The notes under the pieces are model-generated. The model was not told where the DNA came from. It saw only the letters and a list, made by a program, of their open reading frames with translations, and did no database searches. Below are positions 1 to 9,719 of a stretch of 64,000 bases of DNA, piece after piece. The first letter of the stretch is position 1; each line of letters opens with the position of its first letter. The stretch spans positions 2,400,001 through 2,464,000 of the forward strand of contig CAXXMD010000003.1 of the NCBI GenBank assembly GCA_963675755.2, read 5' to 3'. Position numbers and translations under genes: made by a program. Source of the DNA: a bacterium. GTDB taxonomy: Bacteria > Zhuqueibacterota > Zhuqueibacteria > Residuimicrobiales > Krinioviventaceae.

Positions 1-1
1 C

Positions 2-40
2 TATCAGGCAACGGTATCGTTACCCGGATGGTCAAAATAG
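2..40 (+). CDS. 3' end of an unidentified gene truncated by the window edge (...YQATVSLPGWSK*)
   Basis: Open frame ending in TAG at 38-40, directly followed by a terminator hairpin. Confidence 0.35.
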   Translation, partial: YQATVSLPGWSK

Positions 41-46
41 AATTAT

Positions 47-86
47 AAAAGCCTTTCCTTGAATCAATAGAGGAAAGGCTTTTTTT
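47..86 (+). terminator. Rho-independent terminator (possibly bidirectional)
   Basis: AAAAGCCTTTCCT / AGGAAAGGCTTTT inverted repeat followed by a T run. Confidence 0.85.
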
Positions 87-386
87 GTTCAAAAATAGTG
101 TGTTGTTTAAGCAGGGGGAATATGTAATTTGTCAAGTATCCACCAGGTAAAAAAACAAACTATCCCACTCATAAATGCTTATAACTCCCAAAATTGATAT
201 GCAGAATCCATTTTAAATTTGGGTGCTGTATTGAGGCTTTTTACTCAATTATAATTAACAGAGCAAGGACAATACTTGCATGGTTTATAAGGTTGAGACG
301 GTGTAGAATAGGGGGAAGGTTTTGCAAAAAAATAAAGTTGACTATTAGAATAAGAAACGAGAATTAATAAAAAAAGTTCTTTTTTA

Positions 387-412
387 TGAAACAATTTGTA
401 TTTATATTGGTA
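387..412 (+). promoter_or_regulatory. Putative ECF sigma promoter (degenerate -10)
   Basis: TGAAAC-N16-GGTA, one mismatch to the SigW-like TGAAAC-N16-CGTA; lies 52 bp before the TetR start. Confidence 0.4.
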
Positions 413-464
413 TACGATATATATGGTTTTTTACAGAAAAAGTAAGGTTTGAGGTTTTTCGTAA

Positions 465-1079
465 ATGGAATTTAATTTCAACAATATTGAAGGAAGTAAA
501 AAGTATAAACAGCTCTTGAATACAGCCAAGGATCTATTTTTTAAATATGGCGTGAAACGGGTGTCAGTTGAAGAGGTTTGTGAAAAAGCCAATGTTAGTA
601 AAATGACGTTTTATAAATATTTTGATAACAAGCTGGCTCTGATGATTTTTATTCTGCAATCTTTTTACGATTGGGGTGCTCAGGTATTTATGGATATTTG
701 GGAATCTGATACTACTTTTGGAGAAAAAATCAAGCGGGCGGTGCAATTTAAAATGCAGCTTACCCGCGAGCTAGGTGACGACATGGTGCTGGAACTGATG
801 AACTCGTCTTTTCCTGAAATTAAAGAGATTTTGAAAAAACAGCAGGACTTTTGGATACAAAAACTGCTGACGTTCTTTGTAGAAGCCCAGATCAATGGTG
901 AGATTCGGGAGGACGTAAAACCCGAGTTTATTTTGTTTGTGCTTACCCAGGTGGCATCGTGGGCTGAGAATGAACATTTATTGGCTTTGTATGACGATCC
1001 ACGTGATCTGATCCGCGAAGTGCTCAATTTTTATATTAACGGATTGATTATTAAAGAACCAATAGTTAAAGCTGAATAA
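465..1079 (+). CDS. TetR/AcrR family transcriptional regulator
   Basis: N-terminal HTH: AKDLFFKYGVKRVSVEEVCEKANVSKMTFYKYFDNK. Confidence 0.93.
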   Translation: MEFNFNNIEGSKKYKQLLNTAKDLFFKYGVKRVSVEEVCEKANVSKMTFYKYFDNKLALMIFILQSFYDWGAQVFMDIWESDTTFGEKIKRAVQFKMQLTRELGDDMVLELMNSSFPEIKEILKKQQDFWIQKLLTFFVEAQINGEIREDVKPEFILFVLTQVASWAENEHLLALYDDPRDLIREVLNFYINGLIIKEPIVKAE

Positions 1080-1163
1080 TTGATTAGGCTTCAGGGATTG
1101 AGGTTGTAGTTAAGATAGCTGTTTCAGCAAATTTGAAAATGTTTTGTGTTTTAAATATGAAAC

Positions 1164-1318
1164 GACAAAATGCAAAGAACGCCAAGATTACGCAGGGTTC
1201 GCAAAGTAATTTACAACGTTTTTATTGTTTGCTCATTAATCTCAAGAACCGGGATAGCTCTTGTACAAAAGTTTCTTTTGCGATTTCTGCGTTTTCATTG
1301 CGACCTTGGCGGTTTGTC
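1164..1318. repeat. MITE/REP-like element with imperfect ~43-bp terminal inverted arms built from CGCAAAG-like units
   Basis: Left arm gacaaaatgcaaagaacgccaagattacgcagggttcgcaaag; reverse complement of right arm gacaaaccgccaaggtcgcaatgaaaacgcagaaatcgcaaaag. Confidence 0.65.
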
Positions 1319-1336
1319 TTTAATGAATGAATTGAA

Positions 1337-2542
1337 ATGAAAAAAATATTGAAATACAAAATTTTATTTTTCCTCTGTGTATCCGTGGTTTCAACTGCTT
1401 TTACACAAAATCTGGAATGGAACGGGCAGGTATCCGGGTGGGGAATGGTCAATCGTGCGGATGAAACCGAGTTTCAGTTAGGTGTTCGGTATTTGCCAGA
1501 GGTCTATACCTCTATCTATCAGGGCAATACCCTCTCGATTGACGCGGAATTTTCTGCAAATCTATTCAGCTATCGTGATTTTGATGCCGGTAATACGGAC
1601 CATGATGAAAAGCTGTATCGTGCCTGGCTACGTTTCAGCACATCCACATTTGAGGCGCGGATCGGATTGCAAAAAATTAATTTTGGTCCCGCATTTATGC
1701 TGAGATCGTTGATGTGGTTCGATTCACTGGATCCCCGTGATCCCCAGCAGCTTACTGACGGCGTGTATGGCGTGTTGATACGGTACTATTTCCTGAATAA
1801 TGCCAATATCTGGCTGTGGGGATTGCTCCAAAATGATGAGCTCAAAGGAACCGAGTTTATTTACAGCGACAAGAATACACCGGAATGGGGCGGCAGGATT
1901 CAGCATCCGCTGGGTCAGGGAGAGGTTGCTATTACGGTACATCATCGGGAAACCGATATCAATAAAACAATTGACAGCTATATACCGCTGCCAATAGCAT
2001 TGGATATACCCAATATCACAGAGCAGCGATATGCCCTGGACGGGAAATGGGATTATGAATTGGGATTCTGGTTTGAAGCGGTATCCAGTCATTTTGAATT
2101 AAAAGATTTGGTTGATCATCCACTGTTACAGTATTCGTCCATGATGAATAACAGTGCGTTCGATTTTTTGAATACAGAGTATTTGAACCAGTTTACACTG
2201 GGTTCTGATTATACCTTTGGATGGGGTAATGGATTGCATGTTTTGGGTGAGTATATGTTTTTAAATACGGGTGAATCTGTCTCTTTTGAACAAGACTATA
2301 CTTTTTCTGCGGTTTTACTCGACTATCCTTTGAATATGTTTGATCAGCTTATGGGCCTTATATACTATGATCATGAAAACAAAAACGCTTTCTGGTATGC
2401 AAACTGGCGACGGACATATGACCATTGGTCATTGAACCTGATGGCCTTTCATTATCCTGAAACACCGGGTATGGCAATTATGGGTAGAAATCAGGCCAGC
2501 CTTGGAAAGGGAATACAAGTACTTTTGATCTACAATCATTAG
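1337..2542 (+). CDS. Putative outer-membrane beta-barrel protein of a Lol-like ABC operon
   Basis: Signal peptide; amphipathic aromatic-rich strands; LYRAW...RIGLQKINFG...DSLDPRDP motif; near-terminal aromatic residue; first gene of the ABC operon. Confidence 0.7.
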   Translation: MKKILKYKILFFLCVSVVSTAFTQNLEWNGQVSGWGMVNRADETEFQLGVRYLPEVYTSIYQGNTLSIDAEFSANLFSYRDFDAGNTDHDEKLYRAWLRFSTSTFEARIGLQKINFGPAFMLRSLMWFDSLDPRDPQQLTDGVYGVLIRYYFLNNANIWLWGLLQNDELKGTEFIYSDKNTPEWGGRIQHPLGQGEVAITVHHRETDINKTIDSYIPLPIALDIPNITEQRYALDGKWDYELGFWFEAVSSHFELKDLVDHPLLQYSSMMNNSAFDFLNTEYLNQFTLGSDYTFGWGNGLHVLGEYMFLNTGESVSFEQDYTFSAVLLDYPLNMFDQLMGLIYYDHENKNAFWYANWRRTYDHWSLNLMAFHYPETPGMAIMGRNQASLGKGIQVLLIYNH

Positions 2543-2574
2543 CAGACAATATCAGTTGAATAAAGGAAGTGGTT

Positions 2575-3270
2575 ATGAACAATTCCATTTTAATTGAAAT
2601 GAAAGACATTGTTAAAGAGTATCCCATGGGTGGGCAAAAGTTGATAGCGCTTGACCATGTCAATCTCGAGTTCAAAAGCGGTGAATTTACCGGTATAGTG
2701 GGGCCTAGTGGATCGGGTAAAACCACATTGTTAAATATTATCGGTACGCTTGACAATCCCACGGAAGGTACAGCCCAGGTGCTTGGGAAAAATGTCGAAA
2801 AATTATCGCATAAACAGGCAGCAGAGTTGCGTAATTTGTATCTGGGTTTTATTTTTCAAACCTACAACTTGTTACCGGTCTATACGGTTTTTGAGAATGT
2901 GGAATTTCCACTCTTGTTACAAGGAATGACCGCATCGGAACGAAAAGAAAAGGTGATGCAGGCATTGGAATGGGTAGGATTGGCTGATCGTCATAAATCG
3001 AAACCGACCCAGCTCTCTGGCGGACAAAGTCAGCGTGTATCCATTGCGAGAGCGATTGTGAAAAATCCCAGAATTGTGCTGGCAGACGAACCTACCGCCA
3101 ATCTTGATGCAGAAAACTCGCACAATATACTTCAAGTTATGAAAGAATTAAACCAGGACCTGGGCATTACTTTTTTGTTCTCAACCCATGATGATAAAGT
3201 CGTAAAATACCTTGACCGTAAAATTACATTGGATGACGGCAAGGTTGTACTGGATGAAAAAACAAATTAA
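2575..3270 (+). CDS. ABC transporter ATP-binding protein (LolD/MacB-like)
   Basis: Walker A GPSGSGKT, signature LSGGQ, Walker B VLADEPTANLD, H-loop STHD. Confidence 0.95.
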   Translation: MNNSILIEMKDIVKEYPMGGQKLIALDHVNLEFKSGEFTGIVGPSGSGKTTLLNIIGTLDNPTEGTAQVLGKNVEKLSHKQAAELRNLYLGFIFQTYNLLPVYTVFENVEFPLLLQGMTASERKEKVMQALEWVGLADRHKSKPTQLSGGQSQRVSIARAIVKNPRIVLADEPTANLDAENSHNILQVMKELNQDLGITFLFSTHDDKVVKYLDRKITLDDGKVVLDEKTN

Positions 3271-3272
3271 GG

Positions 3273-4454
3273 ATGAGCGTTATGTTGATTCCTAATCTTG
3301 CTATAAAGAATTTACTAGGTGCGGGACTCCGTACCTGGTTGAATGTATTTGTGCTTTCATTGTCCTTTGTTGCAATTATCGGAATGCAGGGATTGTATGA
3401 AGGCATGAATCGACAGGCCAGTACCGCTTTGATGCAGAGTGAATATGGCGGCGGGCAGTATTGGCAAAAGGATTATGATCCATATGATCCATTAACATTC
3501 GAAGACAGTCATGGCGAGTTACCCTCCGCTCTTGTCGAACAGGTTTCTCAGGGGAATGCTGTGCCAGTGCTTGTGACTCAGGCTACTGCGTATCCCAATG
3601 GCAGATTGTTAACAGTTATGATTAAAGGCGTTTTGCCAGAGCAGGATATTCTTGACTTTCCTTCCCGGGCATTACTGAATTCTGAAGCAGATCTGCCGGT
3701 TATGATTGGTGCAAGGATGGCTAAAAACGCCAAGCTTGCGGTGGGTGATTTGGTTACCGTACGCTGGCGGGATGCAAATGGTGTTTTTGATGCGGTTGAT
3801 GCTGAAATTGTGCATGTGTTTAAAACCACTGTCCCCAGTATTGATGCCGGACAAATGTGGGTACCTCTTGATGTGTTGCAGCAGAATATGCAAATGCCCG
3901 GTCATGCTACATTGGTAGTAGTTAAGCCCGGTTTGGAATTGAATGATAATTACAATAACTGGAGTTTTAAAAGTCTGGACTTTTTACTGGCAGATATTAA
4001 AGCCCTGGTGAAATCCAAATCTGCTGGTGCATCATTTCTGTATGCCATGCTCATGTTTTTGGCTATGCTGGCTATATTTGATACACAGGTGTTATCCATT
4101 GTGCGGAGAAGAAAAGAGATCGGAATGTTGATTGCAATGGGAATGACCCGTAATCGGGTGATTCGTTTATTCACAGTAGAGGGAGCCATGCATGGAGTTT
4201 TTGCGGCACTTTTCGCATTGTTGTATGGCGGTCCCTTGTTAACCTGGTTTTCCAGAGTTGGCTGGAAGCTGCCGGATTATTCTGATGATTTTGGTATAGC
4301 CATAAGCGAACGATTGTTCCCGGTTTATACCATCGGTTTGGTGGCTGGAACTGTGTTGATTGTTTTGATTACAACAACTATTATCAGTTTTTTACCAACA
4401 CGCCGAATCTCTAAAATGAAACCAACGGATGCATTGAGAGGAAAAAGAATATGA
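3273..4454 (+). CDS. FtsX/LolC-E-like ABC permease
   Basis: One TM, large periplasmic domain, then RRKEIGMLIAMGM FtsX motif and 3 TMs. Confidence 0.9.
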   Translation: MSVMLIPNLAIKNLLGAGLRTWLNVFVLSLSFVAIIGMQGLYEGMNRQASTALMQSEYGGGQYWQKDYDPYDPLTFEDSHGELPSALVEQVSQGNAVPVLVTQATAYPNGRLLTVMIKGVLPEQDILDFPSRALLNSEADLPVMIGARMAKNAKLAVGDLVTVRWRDANGVFDAVDAEIVHVFKTTVPSIDAGQMWVPLDVLQQNMQMPGHATLVVVKPGLELNDNYNNWSFKSLDFLLADIKALVKSKSAGASFLYAMLMFLAMLAIFDTQVLSIVRRRKEIGMLIAMGMTRNRVIRLFTVEGAMHGVFAALFALLYGGPLLTWFSRVGWKLPDYSDDFGIAISERLFPVYTIGLVAGTVLIVLITTTIISFLPTRRISKMKPTDALRGKRI

Positions 4455-5722
4455 TCCGATTTTTAATAAAAGGTTTATTGCGGGAACGCTCAAGAAGCCT
4501 GTTCCCCATATTGATTGTTGCCGCCGGTGTAACGTTGTGTGTACTGGTCAACACCTGGATGCAAGGCGTGCAGAATGATGCTTTGTGGTCTACTGCGGTA
4601 TTTGCTAATGGGCATGAACGTGTAACCACACAAGCATATCTGGATGAGATAGATCAAATGCCTATTGATCTGGCATTAATGGATGTAACATCGCTTTTGG
4701 ATACATTAAATTCGCAATATCCGCAAATGTACTGGTCCCCCCGGATCCGTTTTGGCGGATTACTGGACATTCCGGATGATGCGGGAGAAACCCGCTCTCA
4801 GTCACCTGTGTTGGGAATGGCCCTTAATCTCATTGGTAAAGAAACACAGGATATCGACTTGATGAATTTTAATGATTCGTTAATCAGAGGCAGACTGCCC
4901 GAACAACCGGGTGAGATTTTGATTAGTGATTTACTTGCTCAGCGACTCAAAGTAGAGCCGGGTGAGACAGCCACCATTATCACAACATCCATGTATGGCA
5001 GTATGGTCATGTATAATTTAAAAATTGCAGGCACTATAAAATTTGGTATAACCGCATTAGATCGCAGTTTGATTGTTACGGATATTGCTGATGCTCAAAC
5101 TGCATTGGATATGCCGGATGCTGCAAGTGAGATTCTGGGATTTTCCATGGACAGGGTGTTTAATCCTGAAAAATGTGAGACGATTAAAAACAGTTTTAAT
5201 AACCAGTTTACACAAGCTGATGAGTTTACTCCGATCATGCAAAAGTTGACAGATGATCAGTCTATGGGTGAAATGTTTGAAATATTCGGTTCAGTTATAT
5301 GGGTTGCATTTGCGTTTTTTGTCTTTGTAATGTCTATCGTGTTATGGAATGCGGGCTTGATGGCAAGTATTCGCCGATATGGAGAGATTGGAGTTCGTCT
5401 GGCAATTGGTGAAGAAAAAGGACATGTATATCGTTCAATGTTGTTGGAATCCATAGCAATTGGTATTGCAGGTACCATATTGGGTACAGGTTTAGGGCTG
5501 GCAATATCATATTATTTACAGATTGTTGGTGTTGATATTTCGTCCATGATGAACGATGCAACTGCACTCATGTCTGATGTAATGCGGGCAAGAGTAACTC
5601 CCGAAAGTTATGTTGTAGGATTTATACCAGGTGTTGTAGCTCCGTTCATTGGCACCATGATTTCCGGAATGGGTATCTATAAAAGACAAACCTATCAATT
5701 GTTCAAGGAGCTTGAAGTATGA
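4451..5722 (+). CDS. FtsX/LolC-E-like ABC permease
   Basis: Same topology; RRYGEIGVRLAIGE motif; ATGA overlap with the previous gene. Confidence 0.9.
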   Translation: MIRFLIKGLLRERSRSLFPILIVAAGVTLCVLVNTWMQGVQNDALWSTAVFANGHERVTTQAYLDEIDQMPIDLALMDVTSLLDTLNSQYPQMYWSPRIRFGGLLDIPDDAGETRSQSPVLGMALNLIGKETQDIDLMNFNDSLIRGRLPEQPGEILISDLLAQRLKVEPGETATIITTSMYGSMVMYNLKIAGTIKFGITALDRSLIVTDIADAQTALDMPDAASEILGFSMDRVFNPEKCETIKNSFNNQFTQADEFTPIMQKLTDDQSMGEMFEIFGSVIWVAFAFFVFVMSIVLWNAGLMASIRRYGEIGVRLAIGEEKGHVYRSMLLESIAIGIAGTILGTGLGLAISYYLQIVGVDISSMMNDATALMSDVMRARVTPESYVVGFIPGVVAPFIGTMISGMGIYKRQTYQLFKELEV

Positions 5723-6453
5723 AAGCATGGATGGTTTTTATTATATGGCTGGGTGTTTCAGCATCCGTTTTTGCAATCACAGGTAATGAGATACTGGATA
5801 AAGTTGATGATAATATAACTTCTGATAATAAAATTGCAACATCAAAAATGATCATACACGGCAGACGGAACGATAGGACCGTCGAGTCACGTTCGTGGGT
5901 TCAGGGGACCTCGCAATCTTTTACTGAATACCTGGCTCCGGCAAGAGAAAAGGGTACCAAGATGCTCAAGCTTAAAGATGAATTGTGGACCTATTCGCCG
6001 CAAACAGACCGTACTATTCGCATTGCCGGACATATGCTGCGTCAATCCGTGATGGGATCGGATCTTTCGTATGAAGATTTTATGGAAGATCCGCGATTGT
6101 TAAATTTATATGACGCCGCAATTGACAGTGAGGTGGTTTACAATGACAGAACCTGCTGGATTTTAAAACTCACGGCAAAATCTGATGATGTTTCATATTA
6201 TACAAGAAGAGTATGGGTGGACAAGGAGCGGTTTATTCTGTTAAAAGAAAGCCGCTATGCCAAGAGCGGCAAACTGCTTAAAACAACAGAAGTTGAATCT
6301 GTAAAATGGATGGACAACCGCTGGGTACCGGTTCATGTCGTTTTCAAAGATGCTTTGCAAAAGGGAAAGGGGACGGAGTTCATAATCGAGACAATCCAAT
6401 TCAACCAGGACATACCGGAGCATGTGTTTTCAAAGGCATCATTAAGAAGGTGA
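5719..6453 (+). CDS. Outer membrane lipoprotein-sorting protein (LolA-like)
   Basis: Signal peptide; PAREKGTKML, GSDLSYED and SGKLLKT motifs typical of the LolA-like family. Confidence 0.85.
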   Translation: MKAWMVFIIWLGVSASVFAITGNEILDKVDDNITSDNKIATSKMIIHGRRNDRTVESRSWVQGTSQSFTEYLAPAREKGTKMLKLKDELWTYSPQTDRTIRIAGHMLRQSVMGSDLSYEDFMEDPRLLNLYDAAIDSEVVYNDRTCWILKLTAKSDDVSYYTRRVWVDKERFILLKESRYAKSGKLLKTTEVESVKWMDNRWVPVHVVFKDALQKGKGTEFIIETIQFNQDIPEHVFSKASLRR

Positions 6454-6491
6454 AAATTTTTTAAAAAAACACTGTTTTTTTTATTAATAAT

Positions 6492-6517
6492 TGAAACATG
6501 AAGGAGAACAATCCGTA
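6492..6517 (+). promoter_or_regulatory. ECF sigma (SigW-like) promoter
   Basis: TGAAAC-N16-CGTA, exact match to the B. subtilis SigW-type consensus. Confidence 0.65.
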
Positions 6518-6520
6518 TCG

Positions 6521-6540
6521 TATCTACCGAACGGTAGGTA
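6521..6540. promoter_or_regulatory. Putative TetR operator
   Basis: Palindrome TATCTACCG-AA-CGGTAGGTA (one mismatch) at the predicted +1, 19 bp before the TetR start. Confidence 0.7.
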
Positions 6541-6559
6541 AAATAAAAAAAGCAGTATT

Positions 6560-7156
6560 ATGATGCCAAACCCAGAGAATATCGAAAGTGCAAAGAAAAA
6601 AATTTTTTTAGCGGCCGCAAAACTTTTTGCGGATAAGGGTTTTAACGCGGTTTCTATGCGTGAAATTTCAGAAATGTCCGGTTTTTCAAAACCAACGATT
6701 TATTATTATTTTGGCAGCAAAGAAGGAATTTATTCCGAGCTGGTTTCAACCAGCATCCATCAAATCTTGACAGTCGTTGAACATGTAAATAATCTGGAAC
6801 TGCCGGTTATTGAAAAGTTGAGAGTGTTTGCCAAAATGTATTTTAAACATACAATTGAACATCCTGAATTTGCCCGGTTTACAATCAATCTGAGCTTGTC
6901 TGCAGAAAACCGGGGATGTAAAGTGCAGGAATTAAGTAATGTTTCAAATAATCAGGATGTGGTTACCGTTTTATTCAAAGAAGGAATAGAAAAAGGTGAG
7001 CTGAAAAGTAATATAAACCCGGAAGTCGCGGCTATGACTTATGGCGGCGCAATTATGCATTATACATTTCACTATCTTGCCGGTGATAGTGTAAAGCTGG
7101 ATGATGATCTGGCTGATTCAATTGTAGATATGATAGTTACCGGTATCGGAGTGTAA
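6560..7156 (+). CDS. TetR/AcrR family transcriptional regulator
   Basis: HTH: AAAKLFADKGFNAVSMREISEMSGFSKPTIYYYFGSKE. Confidence 0.93.
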   Translation: MMPNPENIESAKKKIFLAAAKLFADKGFNAVSMREISEMSGFSKPTIYYYFGSKEGIYSELVSTSIHQILTVVEHVNNLELPVIEKLRVFAKMYFKHTIEHPEFARFTINLSLSAENRGCKVQELSNVSNNQDVVTVLFKEGIEKGELKSNINPEVAAMTYGGAIMHYTFHYLAGDSVKLDDDLADSIVDMIVTGIGV

Positions 7157-7175
7157 TACTATATTGGAGGATACA

Positions 7176-8576
7176 ATGTCTTTTAATTTTAAACGAGCTG
7201 TTTCGATTTTGCAGGTTGTTTTATTACTATCAACCTTGCTTTATGCTCAAGGTGAAAGGGTATTGACCCTGGAAGAGAGCTTGAAGGAAGCGTTTGATAA
7301 TAATCCTGATCTGCGTGTGGCAGAAAAGGAATTGGCGAAAACAGAAGCCGGTGTTTGGGAGGCATATTCAGTGCTGATGCCGCAGGTTAATGGATCTGCC
7401 AGTGTTCAGCATGCATGGGATATTCAGACAAGCACCATTCCCAACTTTATAAAGTTGATGATGCCGCCGGATATTGGCGTTATTCTACCCTCATTTGCAG
7501 ATATGCCTGATTATATCGACATTGCATTTGGTTTAGAAAATACATTTTATTATGGTGCATCGTTACAACAGCCTTTGTTCCTGGGAGGCGCAGGTGTTGC
7601 CGGTGTAAAAATGGCCAATGCCGCCAAACGTGCCGCGCACCAGAATTTGAAATCTGTGAAACAGAACCTGATCTATAACACAGCAGATGCTTTTTATACC
7701 TGTTTGCTGGCCCGTGAACTGGTTAGTGTTCAGGAAGAAGCGTTGCAACAATCTGAAGCAAATTTCAATGTTGTGTCAAAGAAATATGATGTGGGCTCTG
7801 CATCGGGTTTCGACAAAATGCGCGCTGAGGTTGAAGTTGCCAACCTGAAACCCCAGGTCATTACAGCAAGAAACCAGTACAAAACCGCGTTAACACGTTT
7901 ACGTACCGTACTGGGGCTGCCAAGAGATGCAAAAATTTCTGTGGATGGCGAGCTGGTATTTGTTCAGGATGATTTTGGCAAAGACCTTGAAGGTGTGCAG
8001 CAAATGGCATTGCAATACCGTCCCGAGTTGCGTGCAATTCAGGAACAGGAATATATCACTAAAAAAGGGGTAACTATTGCGCGTAGTAATTTTATGCCCA
8101 AAGTGGTTTTCCAGAGTGATTATTCATATATGGCCTTTAGAAACGACTGGAATGTAGCAGATGCGGATTTCAGCAAAGGTTTTACATCCAGCATCAGTTT
8201 GCAGATCCCATTATTTACGGGATTTAAAAATACAAAGTCATATCAAAAAGCAAAACTTGATCATCGTATTATGGTGGATACGGAAAAGCAGGTTACAGAT
8301 GGCATTATGGCAGAAGTTGAAGTTGCTTATAATACTTTTGGTGAAGCGTTTGAGAAATACACGGCTGCCAGCCAGTCTGTAGATCTTGCGCAGGAAGCTT
8401 TGCGCCTGGCAAACATGATGTACGATGAAGGCGCCAATACACAGCTTGATGTTTTGAATTCACAACTGGCGCTTACCCAGTCAAAGTTGAATTATGTAAC
8501 ATCCGTTTACGATTATCAAATGTCACGTTACCGTTTGCACAAGGTAACCGGTACTTTACAAGGATTATTAAATTAA
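7176..8576 (+). CDS. TolC family outer membrane efflux protein
   Basis: GGAGG RBS before ATG 7176; signal peptide; LTLEESLKEAFDNNPDL start; two OEP repeats. Confidence 0.92.
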   Translation: MSFNFKRAVSILQVVLLLSTLLYAQGERVLTLEESLKEAFDNNPDLRVAEKELAKTEAGVWEAYSVLMPQVNGSASVQHAWDIQTSTIPNFIKLMMPPDIGVILPSFADMPDYIDIAFGLENTFYYGASLQQPLFLGGAGVAGVKMANAAKRAAHQNLKSVKQNLIYNTADAFYTCLLARELVSVQEEALQQSEANFNVVSKKYDVGSASGFDKMRAEVEVANLKPQVITARNQYKTALTRLRTVLGLPRDAKISVDGELVFVQDDFGKDLEGVQQMALQYRPELRAIQEQEYITKKGVTIARSNFMPKVVFQSDYSYMAFRNDWNVADADFSKGFTSSISLQIPLFTGFKNTKSYQKAKLDHRIMVDTEKQVTDGIMAEVEVAYNTFGEAFEKYTAASQSVDLAQEALRLANMMYDEGANTQLDVLNSQLALTQSKLNYVTSVYDYQMSRYRLHKVTGTLQGLLN

Positions 8577-8597
8577 TTGATATATAGGAGAGAGGCA

Positions 8598-9719
8598 ATG
8601 AAACAAAAAGCAATTTTAATTGTGGTTTTATCCATGTTTCTGTTAATGGGTTGTGCTTCTAAAAAACAGGAATCAACTGTAGAAACCGCTACCCCCGTTC
8701 GGATTGCATCAATTGCTAAAGGCGAACTGGTACAGAGTATAGAATTTAATGGAGATATATCAGCAGAAGTAGAAGTCAAAGTGTTTTCAAAGATCCCCAA
8801 TAACCGCATTGAAAAATTTCATGTGGAAGAAGGCGATTATATTGAAAAAGGTCAATCCATTGCAACAATAAAGGCACCAGCCGTGACACACGGTTTGGAG
8901 CAGGCAAGAGCATCTTTGGCCGCTGTTAAGGCACAACTGGAAAACGTCAAGGTTGAGTATGAACGTGCAGAACGTCTTTACAATGAAAACGCTATGAGTA
9001 AACAACAATATGATCAGGTAAAAACTCAGTATGAATCTACACAAGCGCAGCTTGAGCAAACCCAGGCTGCAGTGCGTACAGCAGAAAGCAGTTATGAAGA
9101 TGCTTCTGTTGAAGCACCAATCTCGGGTATTGTTGGAGTGCGTTATTATGAAGCCGGCGATATGATCAATATGGCACAACCGCTGGTGAGCATAGTGCAG
9201 ATGAAAAAAGTCAAAATCACGTTTGATGCTACTGAAGAAGATTTAGGTAAACTATCTGTAGGACAAAAAGCTGAAATTACCGTCAAAAGTTATCCCGATA
9301 CTACATTTGCCGGCAAAGTTACCAAGATCAGCCCGGTATTGGATCCTCTTACTCGAATGGCAGATGTGGAAGTGTTGATTAATAATCCTGATTATTTACT
9401 CAAACCTGGTATGTTTGGACGAATCAAAGTTATTACCGGTATTTTATCTGATGTTATAGTCGTTCCCAGATATGCCACTATAGAAAATACAACATTGGAA
9501 CGTGAAGAAGGTAAAGATGTTGTTGTGAAAAATTATTATGTTTTTGTAGCCCAGGATACAATAGCCCAGCAGCGCAAACTTGATATAGAGTATGTGAACC
9601 ATGTGAATATAGCTGTTAAAAGTGGTGTACAGGTTGGCGAAGCACTGGTTATACAGGGACAAAAGAATTTAAAGAATGGTACTAAAATCACTTACGGTAA
9701 GGAAGGTGGTGATTTATGA
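8598..9719 (+). CDS. RND efflux periplasmic adaptor (MFP), lipoprotein
   Basis: Lipobox LMGC; lipoyl motifs VEEGDYIEKGQ and APISGIV; LKPGMF. Confidence 0.92.
   Translation: MKQKAILIVVLSMFLLMGCASKKQESTVETATPVRIASIAKGELVQSIEFNGDISAEVEVKVFSKIPNNRIEKFHVEEGDYIEKGQSIATIKAPAVTHGLEQARASLAAVKAQLENVKVEYERAERLYNENAMSKQQYDQVKTQYESTQAQLEQTQAAVRTAESSYEDASVEAPISGIVGVRYYEAGDMINMAQPLVSIVQMKKVKITFDATEEDLGKLSVGQKAEITVKSYPDTTFAGKVTKISPVLDPLTRMADVEVLINNPDYLLKPGMFGRIKVITGILSDVIVVPRYATIENTTLEREEGKDVVVKNYYVFVAQDTIAQQRKLDIEYVNHVNIAVKSGVQVGEALVIQGQKNLKNGTKITYGKEGGDL

Noticed and set aside
1133-1452. Short ORFs 1133-1330 (+) and 1222-1452 (-)
   Set aside because: They are translations of the MITE-like repeat arms (NAKNAK, FAISAFSLRPWR), with no RBS or protein-like features.
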